From positions 48,422,001 to 48,486,000 of the forward strand of contig NC_043006.1 in assembly GCF_006345805.1 (NCBI RefSeq): a stretch of DNA of 64,000 bases, given 5' to 3'. Origin of the DNA: Octopus sinensis. Lineage: Eukaryota. Both the position numbers and the translations under genes were made by a program. The notes beneath the pieces were generated by a model that was given only the letters and a program-made list of their open reading frames with translations, was not told the origin of the DNA and searched no databases. Below, piece after piece: positions 55,995 to 64,000 of this stretch. The first letter of the stretch is position 1; every line of letters begins with the position of its first letter.

Positions 55995-56682
55995 TGTGTG
56001 AGTGTTACTCTTTTACGTGCCTTTTTTCGTGTTCATCTTCTCCCTGTAATCTGCCTCTCTATTTATTCCATACAGATTATAGAAAAAGGATGGAAGAAAT
56101 AATTAAGAAACACAAAGACTCGAGGAAAAAAATGGTGAGACATTAAACCTGAGAATCGAAAAGAGATAATTAAAAAAAAACGATTGAAGAAATAGTGGGA
56201 GATATAGAGAAATACAGAGAGATTGAAAGGAGAGGAAAAACTGACGAATGACTGAAAGTGAAAAACTGAGTAAGCGAATAACGAAGAAAAAAAAGAAAAT
56301 TTTCTATTTACAAAGCGATGGTACGCGGCCTCGTTTTCGATCAAAGTCGGTTGCCTCAGCTGTCCAACTGGATCGGTCGGCTGTTTCCTGAACATAAACA
56401 CCTAAAGAAATCCACCAAGGAGATAGATATGGTAGCTGTAACCGTCTCAGGCTGACTGTGGTTCACAAGGAACCTTTCCGCAGATGGAACCTTTCCGCAG
56501 GTGAGGATTAATTCAGTTCTTGCTAACGTAATCAGGCAAAGCCAAAAAGTACGAAGCTAAGTAGCGAAACGATTGTGATGATATGAAAGGATTTCCGACA
56601 TTGCAACAGATTCAGAACTTGGAAAATCTCTGAGTGATTCTTGCAACTTCTGCATGAGGCAATGCATCTCCGATATTTATTT

Positions 56683-57085
56683 CAGGAGAGGCCGTGGGGT
56701 AAGTAGCTTGCTTCCCAATCACATTGTTCCGGGTTCATTCCTACTGCGTGGCACCTTGTGCAAGTGTCTTCTACTATAATCTCCGGCCGGCCAAAGCCTT
56801 GCGAGTGGATTTGGTAGACGGAAACTGAAACAAGTCCGTCATGTATATATATGTGTGTGTGTGAGAGTGTGTGTGTGTGTGTGTGTGTATGTGTTTGTTT
56901 CTGCATCATTACTTGACAACCGATATTGGTGTGTTTACGTCCCCGTAACTTAGCACATCGCATAAATAGTCCGGTAGAATAAGTAGCAGGCTTACAAAGA
57001 ATAATTCCTGAGGTCGATTTGTTCGAATAAAGGCGGTGCTCCAGCATGGTCACAGTCAAATGACTGAAACAAATGAAAGAATAAA
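56683..57085 (+). mobile_element. SINE family A (diverged)
   Basis: Consensus match. Confidence 0.85.
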
Positions 57086-57669
57086 TATGAATAAATAAAA
57101 GATTGTCAAAATTGTTAGGACACCGAAGAAAATGCCTTTAGTTAGTTATACTTGATCTTCCGTTCTGCGCTGAAATCCCACCAAGGCCAGCTTGTGCCTA
57201 TGACACAAACGATTATTTGACGAAAAAAACATTTTGTTAGATATTCCAATAAATTATTGTTATTATTACATTTCCGTGCCTTCCATTCATTCTATGTTCG
57301 AACTGGATACGTCTATTTGTATTACACAATGAATTGTATCAGTAATCAAGCTCCATTTACGGTAAATGTTCTTTGTAATACAAGACTGGTAATGATAGTC
57401 GGGGAGATGTGGAGTACTTAAGTACTTCTATTAACTCGCTTCAAATTCTGCCTAAAATTTCGTAAACGGAGTCACAGGCATGCTAAGAATGTTAGAAATA
57501 GTAGCGAAATCACACTCAAATCGGGTTCTAAATTCTTTAGGAACTAGGGTCACATTAGATTATATGATAATAAATACCCTATGGCTGAAAAACAGAAGAA
57601 AAAGGTGATGGTCCTAGCTGGGATGTCTTTTATCATAGGTCTGTTTTATCAGACCTATTACTGAACCGG

Positions 57670-57990
57670 TACTCCATTTTTTACGACGATGAGAGTTCTA
57701 GTTGATCCTACCAACGGAAGAGCCTGCTCTTGAAATTAACGTGCAAGTGGACGAGTACTCATGAGACCTGCGTACCTTTGACATATGTGTTAGGGAGATT
57801 CATCGTGACACAGAATATGACGAAGCTGGTCCTTTGAAATACAAGTATTACGTATTTTTGCCATCTGTGTGGACTGGAGCAACGCGAAGTAAAGTGCCTT
57901 ATTCAAAAACACAACACGCCGCAAGTAACAGAACTTACGACTGTTCGACTCTGAGCTGAATATCCAAACTTCTAACTATGTGCCTCCACT
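57670..57990 (-). mobile_element. SINE family C, tail type 3 (diverged)
   Basis: Homologous to 59917-60201. Confidence 0.7.
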
Positions 57991-58529
57991 GTTACTAAAC
58001 AACCTGTGCGTTACATCACACCGATCCATACGAGAGGGTGCTGAAAAGTTTCTGGTTTGGGGCAAAAACGGAGAGTAAGAAATTTTCTTGTGGACGTTTG
58101 AATAGGAATCTTCTATATTTTATTTGTCTTATGCTTGTTCCAAGCATTGGGCTGCTGCCTTGAAGGATCTAGTCGAAGACACACACACACACGCACACAC
58201 ACACACATACACGTATATATACGGTGGTTGTCTACTCTTTATGCAGAGTTTGACCACCTCTTGTACTTACACCTTAGATCTATCATGGCGTCTGGTGTGG
58301 CTTTTTAAACCAGACAATGTTTTGAAAAGACACACACATGAATTGCATATCGACTTTAGACCGCTAAGAACAGCATTTAAGTTTTGATCTTTGTGGGTCT
58401 TGAAATGTCTGTTGATGCCTTATGCCATACACAGCATTGACAGAAAATAGGCAGAGTAGTTAGAGGAGGTTCGTTTTTCATGGGTCTGCAAATGAGATAT
58501 GAGCCTAGGAAAAGAAAGGCATGGTCTGT

Positions 58530-58593
<64 letters not shown>

Positions 58594-58596
<3 letters not shown>

Positions 58597-59195
58597 GGTG
58601 CGTAAGGTATTTGGGGACAGTTATATACTTACACAAAAATTACTCTTAGAAACAGACAATAATGCTTTTTTTTACTGAAAAAGGTTTTGAGAATAAGAAT
58701 AAACATATTGTTTCGTCATTTTATTCAATAAAGTGTCCTTCAGTTTCAATAACGGCTTCTATGCCAGGTCTGAATCGCCTACATTCTAGGATCAAGTGGT
58801 TTGTGTTCATATTGGACACTACTCTATGAAGGCTTTTAGGGATTCTTTCTCAACTACGCTCCATACACAGTAGCCCAATGGATTGAGGCCTGGGGAGTTA
58901 GAAGGCCAAATGTTGGGGGTTATGTGATTATGAAAATTTCCTGCCGTCCATTCCTGCGTTGTTGTAGCCTTGTGTGATGGTGCCGAGTTTTATTGAAACA
59001 CATAAGGTCTTTCGTTGCGTGCATTATCAACCCACTGCTCAACCGCTGTATTCAGAACATCTATGTAGGCAGCAAAGTTTACTCATAGACCTTGTGGAAA
59101 GAAGTGAGGGGGCACTATATGTCCTTCATTGCTGACAACACCCAAAACCATGACAGTTGCAGGAAATTTTGCATGCATTACTCTTGGAACTTCCT
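58594..59195 (-). mobile_element. Tc1/mariner-superfamily (maT/DD37D-like) transposon 3' half
   Basis: FPATVMVLGVVSNEGHIVPPHFFPQGL*VN..RPYVFQ*NSAPSH..WPSNSPGLNPLGYCVWS..EGHFIE*; terminus TA|CAGGGTG. Confidence 0.85.
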
Positions 59196-59313
59196 AAGGT
59201 CTGCACATAGCCATCTTTCATTTCTTCTGTTTACTTTCTGCTATAGTAAAATTAATATATGTCCTCAAATATCTTACGCAACCTGTATATACACGCATGC
59301 ATACAGAGCAGGA

Positions 59314-59650
59314 GGAGACCCCCTTCGGTCATGACTGACCATGGGATTGCACCTAGAAAGTTACCCTCCGAGGCACAAGTCCGAGCAAGGCTGTTTATGG
59401 AAGGTCAGCAGTCGCCCGTGCATACCAGCCTCCCCTCTCCACACCACTGATGTTATCCAAGCGAAAGGCAAAGGGGCCGATACAGTTTGGCACCTGTGAC
59501 ATCGCAACTCATTTCTACAGCTGAGTGAACTGGAGCAACATGAAATAAAGTGTCTTGCTCAAGAACACAACACACAGCCTGGTCCAGATTTCGAACTTAC
59601 AACTCAACGGAAGCTCGATGATCTAACCACTGAGGCATGCGCCTTCACAC
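59314..59650 (-). mobile_element. SINE family C, tail type 1
   Basis: Reverse complement of 3730-4057. Confidence 0.88.
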
Positions 59651-59844
59651 TCATGCATACACACATACATATATACATAGGGGTATGTATTTTTCAAACG
59701 TCCGCCTACAAGCACGGGTTCAGTCCCACTGCGTGGCACCTTGCGCATGTCTTCTATATCCTCGGGCTGACTAAAGCCCTGTGAGTGGAACTCGTAGGCG
59801 GAAACTGGAAGAAACCTGTTGTATATACATACATAAATACATAC

Positions 59845-59890
<46 letters not shown>

Positions 59891-59916
59891 TCACACACAC
59901 ACACACACATATTTAA

Positions 59917-60201
59917 AGAGACTCCGCCGGTTACGACGACGAGGGTCCCAGCTGATACGATCAACGGAACAGCTTGCTCGTGTACCCTTAACATAGTTCT
60001 CGGGGATAATCAGCGTGACACAGAGAGTGACAAGGCTGACCCTTTGAAATACAAGTACAACTCATTTTTGCCAGCTGAGTGGACTGGAGCAACGTGAAAT
60101 AAAGTGTCTTGCTCAAGGACACAACGCGTCGCCGGGAATCGAACTCACAACCTTACGATCATGAGCCGAATGCCCTAACCACTAAGCCACGCGCCCTCAC
60201 C
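59917..60201 (-). mobile_element. SINE family C, tail type 3
   Basis: Minus head GGCGCGTGGCTTAGTGGTTAGG..GAGTTCGATTCCC, CORE-like domain, distinct tail. Confidence 0.85.
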
Positions 60202-60638
60202 ACACACACATATACATATATATTGTATGTATACACGTAATGCTCAAGCACGTAGGCATTAGGAATCATTCTTGAAGAGAATTACCATTATGGTATTAAT
60301 TCAAAGCAAGCATGAAATATTCTTCATCTTAAATAAAAACACCAAATTAATATTTAAGCGGAGATTAATTTTAGGGATTAATACTTCCACTTGTTACTTT
60401 TATTATTTTTCGGAATTTAATGTGTTTAGATTATGCTAAATAGCGATTCTGGAGCAATGTACTTTACTAGTGTGTCTGTCTGAGAGAGTATGTGTCGTGT
60501 TAACGTGCACATGGGCGTGTATTTGTGTGTGTGTATGTGTGTGTGTGTGTGTGTGTACTTGTATGAGAGTGTATGTGTGCAGGTGTATATAAGCATATAT
60601 TTGCGCTCCTTTTCATATTGGTGTGTGTGTATTTTTGC

Positions 60639-60686
<48 letters not shown>

Positions 60687-60740
60687 TTATACGTGTAAGT
60701 GTGTGTGTGTGTAGATGCGTCTGTATGTCTGTGTGTGAGA

Positions 60741-60784
<44 letters not shown>

Positions 60785-60803
60785 ATAGATAGAGAGATAG
60801 TTC

Positions 60804-60859
<56 letters not shown>

Positions 60860-60969
60860 TATGTGCATGTTTGCGTGTGTTTGTGCATCGGTGTAGATGT
60901 GTATACATCCTCACATTCATACTATACACATTCATGTATACAAACACACGTAATACATACAAATATACA

Positions 60970-61122
60970 TAGGCGTGGCTGTGTAATAAGAAGCTTGCTT
61001 CCTAACCACATGGTTCCGGGTTCAGTCCCACTGCGTGGCACCTTGTGTCTTCTACTATATTCTCGAGCCAACCAAAACTTTGTAAGTGGATTTGGTAGAC
61101 GGAAACTGAAAGAACCCTGTCG

Positions 61123-61169
<47 letters not shown>

Positions 61170-61210
61170 ATATATGTATATATATATGTGTGTGTGTGTG
61201 TGTGTGCATG

Positions 61211-61282
<72 letters not shown>

Positions 61283-61362
61283 AATATATATATATTTGCA
61301 TGTATGTATTTGTGTGTTTGTGCTTACTGCACACTATCGCTGAAAACGGCGGTTCGGCAGAA
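60970..61362 (+). mobile_element. SINE family A, 3'-degenerate
   Basis: Head and body match. Confidence 0.8.
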
Positions 61363-61366
61363 GGAG

Positions 61367-61459
<93 letters not shown>

Positions 61460-61726
61460 TGAATTTATGAATACATGTATGTTTGTGCGCATGCACATCC
61501 TTTCTACCTCAGCGTTAGCAAATTCAGGTATGACTATTGCAAATCTGAGGCATGTTACCCATTTTTCAGAAGTAGAATTTACTCGCATAATAACAATAAT
61601 GAATAAATTCCGGAAAATCTCCCGCCGCGTTAATAACTTTCGCCACCAAATCTTCATAACATATTTTAGTTTACTCACAAAAAAAATTATGCCTTCGTCT
61701 CAAGGGTAATATTATGGATACCGCAA

Positions 61727-61945
61727 AGGTGGCAAGTCAACAGAATCGTTAGCATGCCGGACAGAATGCTTAGCGACATTTTGTTCGTCCTTATCTTCAG
61801 AGTTCAAATTTTGCCGAGGTCAGCTTTGCCTTTCATCCTTTCGGGGTTCGATATAGTAAGTACCAGTTGAGCACTGAGTGTCGATTTAATTGACTTAACC
61901 CCTCTCCCGATGTTATTGGTCTTCTGTCAAAATTTGAAACGAATA
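61727..61945 (+). mobile_element. SINE family B (another fragment at 62118-62226)
   Basis: AGAGTTCAAATTTTGCCGAGGTCAGCTTTGCCTTTCATCC. Confidence 0.8.
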
Positions 61946-62551
61946 TTATGATGTGTTACATTTTTAAAATCAGATCTCACTCAAGTGACCTTCCTATCGA
62001 TGATCGCGCCTTGAAGCGTACATGTTGAGGAAATATACATTTTATTTTCATCTTCCACGCTTGAGTGATTTATTTAGCGCAGCGAAGATGAGTTACTTGT
62101 TACTATATTCTTCACAGGTCCGACTTTGCCTTTCATCCTTTCGGGGTCGATGTAATCGACTTTATCCCCTTGTCTGTCCTTGTTTGTCCCCTCTGTGTTT
62201 AGCCCCTTGTGGGCAATAAAGAAATATATATTCTTCACAGGTTTTGAGGAAAAGTTTCTAAAGCAACCCTGACTGCTCCCTCTGGCAGTGAAACGCTTGT
62301 AACTCTTAGATGCTTGCTGATGCCCTGATGACTAAGATTTATTTAATAAAGATTGGCATACTAGTATATTATTTGTTTGTCGCAAACCTTTTCGCCTATC
62401 AAACTCATCTGCGCAAACTCATAAAATGTTGTGTAATTAATGTTGTACACATAGAAGAAATATCGAATAGTCGATTTGTTAAACTACAGTTACATGTGTT
62501 CCAGCAAGACTAATTATTCTAAAATCAATATTCCGCACCAACCACCTATTT

Positions 62552-62706
<155 letters not shown>

Positions 62707-62749
62707 CAACAACAACAACAACAATAATAATAATAATATTGCTGATCAC

Positions 62750-63010
62750 AATAACGGCAAAAATTCAAAAGATTGTGCTCATGGGAACTGTTCATATCCT
62801 ACATAAAATATTATGTAATCTCAAATTTTAAAACAAACTCATAATTTTCTTGTTTTGTTAAACATTTTCTCGAACAACACTATGTGCAAAACCCAATATA
62901 TGACACCCGAGGCATAACACCAACATGAACTTCTAACTTGTTGTCTCTTGAGGTCTCTGGGTGGGACTTGAAACCAACTTGTATAAATACAAAGCAAAGT
63001 CAAACATATA
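62750..63010 (+). mobile_element. R4/Dong-clade LINE 3' end inserted in (AAT)n
   Basis: AKIQKIVLMGTVHILHKIL resembles the EIQK.VL.GTA.ILRK.L C-terminus; (AAT)n at 62553-62737 and 63010-63123. Confidence 0.75.
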
Positions 63011-63056
63011 ATAATAATAATATAATAATAATAATAATAATAAAATAATAATAATA

Positions 63057-63126
<70 letters not shown>

Positions 63127-63145
63127 TAGGAAGAAGATGACAAAA

Positions 63146-64000
63146 TCATCTTGCTAATTTTCTGCTTTCATATGTGGGGGGAAACAGAATTTTCTCCCCC
63201 TCTAATGGTTGGCTCGCAAATTCTTGAACCTCTGCAGGGGTATCAAACAGCAACCACACCGTTGCGTATTTGATACCCCTTGCAATAAATTTAATAGTTG
63301 GCAGGTATTCTGCCAACTCCTTTTCTATTTCTGTCTGCAAGAACACAGCGATGGTGTCGAGGGACCTAGAATGCGTCCTCAGCACCACCGTTCTCGCATT
63401 AAAAAATTTCAACCACTGCTTGGGAGCCATAATTTGCCACTCCAATACAGTGTTTTTAGCTGCCATGATAACAAAACAGAGCAAATAAAAAAATGTTTAA
63501 GACAAATGTTCAAAAAAGTTTCAAATGAAAAGTCAATAAGCAACTCAAAAAAGAACGGAAAGATAGAGCAAAGAAGAAAGAACGAAGGAAGACAGTTCAA
63601 TGGCAACACAATTCCGCCACTTAGGTAGTCCACACAAATTTAGGTTCGCCGTCGCAGTACAAAAATTCCAATTTTGGTTTCTAACAGCTAAGTGAGACTT
63701 TAAACACAAAACACAGCAATTTTTATGGTCGTCCCGGTACTCCAGGACAAATGGTAACCCTCCTGGCCGAAATAGTCAAAAGTAACACAATTTGGACAAT
63801 TTGGGACACGCCTCCCAAAACAAACCTCTCACAACCAAGTGAGACCTTAAGCACGACCACTGGAGACAAATGCATGGAACCCAGTGGAGACCTCTTGTTC
63901 GACAAAAAATAAATAATACGAGCAACAGAACCCCACTAGGTCCCAAAAAATCAGACGTCTTACCTAGTAGTCGTGCTTCACTATTTCACGCCGGTGACAC
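63146..64000 (-). mobile_element. Probable LINE 5' UTR and ORF1 N-terminus (L1/Tx1-like), truncated at (AAT)n
   Basis: Non-repetitive ORF 63146-63484 (RTVVLR..EIEKELAEYLPTIKFIARGIKYATVWLLFDTPAEVQEF) has an RRM-like beta-alpha-beta-beta-alpha pattern typical of LINE ORF1; assignment is inference. Confidence 0.45.

Noticed and set aside
58029-58070. Mariner-like TIR (TACGAGAGGGTGCTGAAAAGTT)
   Set aside because: Isolated, with no partner TIR or transposase remnant recognised
63146-63484. Host gene exon
   Set aside because: Ends abruptly at an (AAT)n tract with no clear splice donor; looks more like retroelement ORF1

Overview
This is AT-rich, repeat-saturated animal DNA, either intronic or intergenic. 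The repeat families and microsatellite load suggest an octopod cephalopod (inference). No intact host protein-coding gene is supportable, and almost all long ORFs in the track are microsatellite artefacts. The window holds many tRNA-derived SINEs in at least five modular families, two large Penelope-like elements (PLEs; RT plus GIY-YIG, frameshifted) and several PLE terminal fragments. It also has fossil hAT, Tc1, mariner and maT-like transposons, fragments of CR1-like, RTE, R4/Dong and L1/Tx1-like LINEs, a 16-bp minisatellite and a 100-N gap. The most striking signal is a set of minimal type-I hammerhead ribozyme motifs from several repeat families, including U3:A8 covariant cores. One family is a tRNA-headed SINE that carries a hammerhead and occurs as head-to-head inverted pairs, a candidate Penelope-mobilised ribozyme SINE. 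All family assignments were made by eye and element boundaries are approximate.
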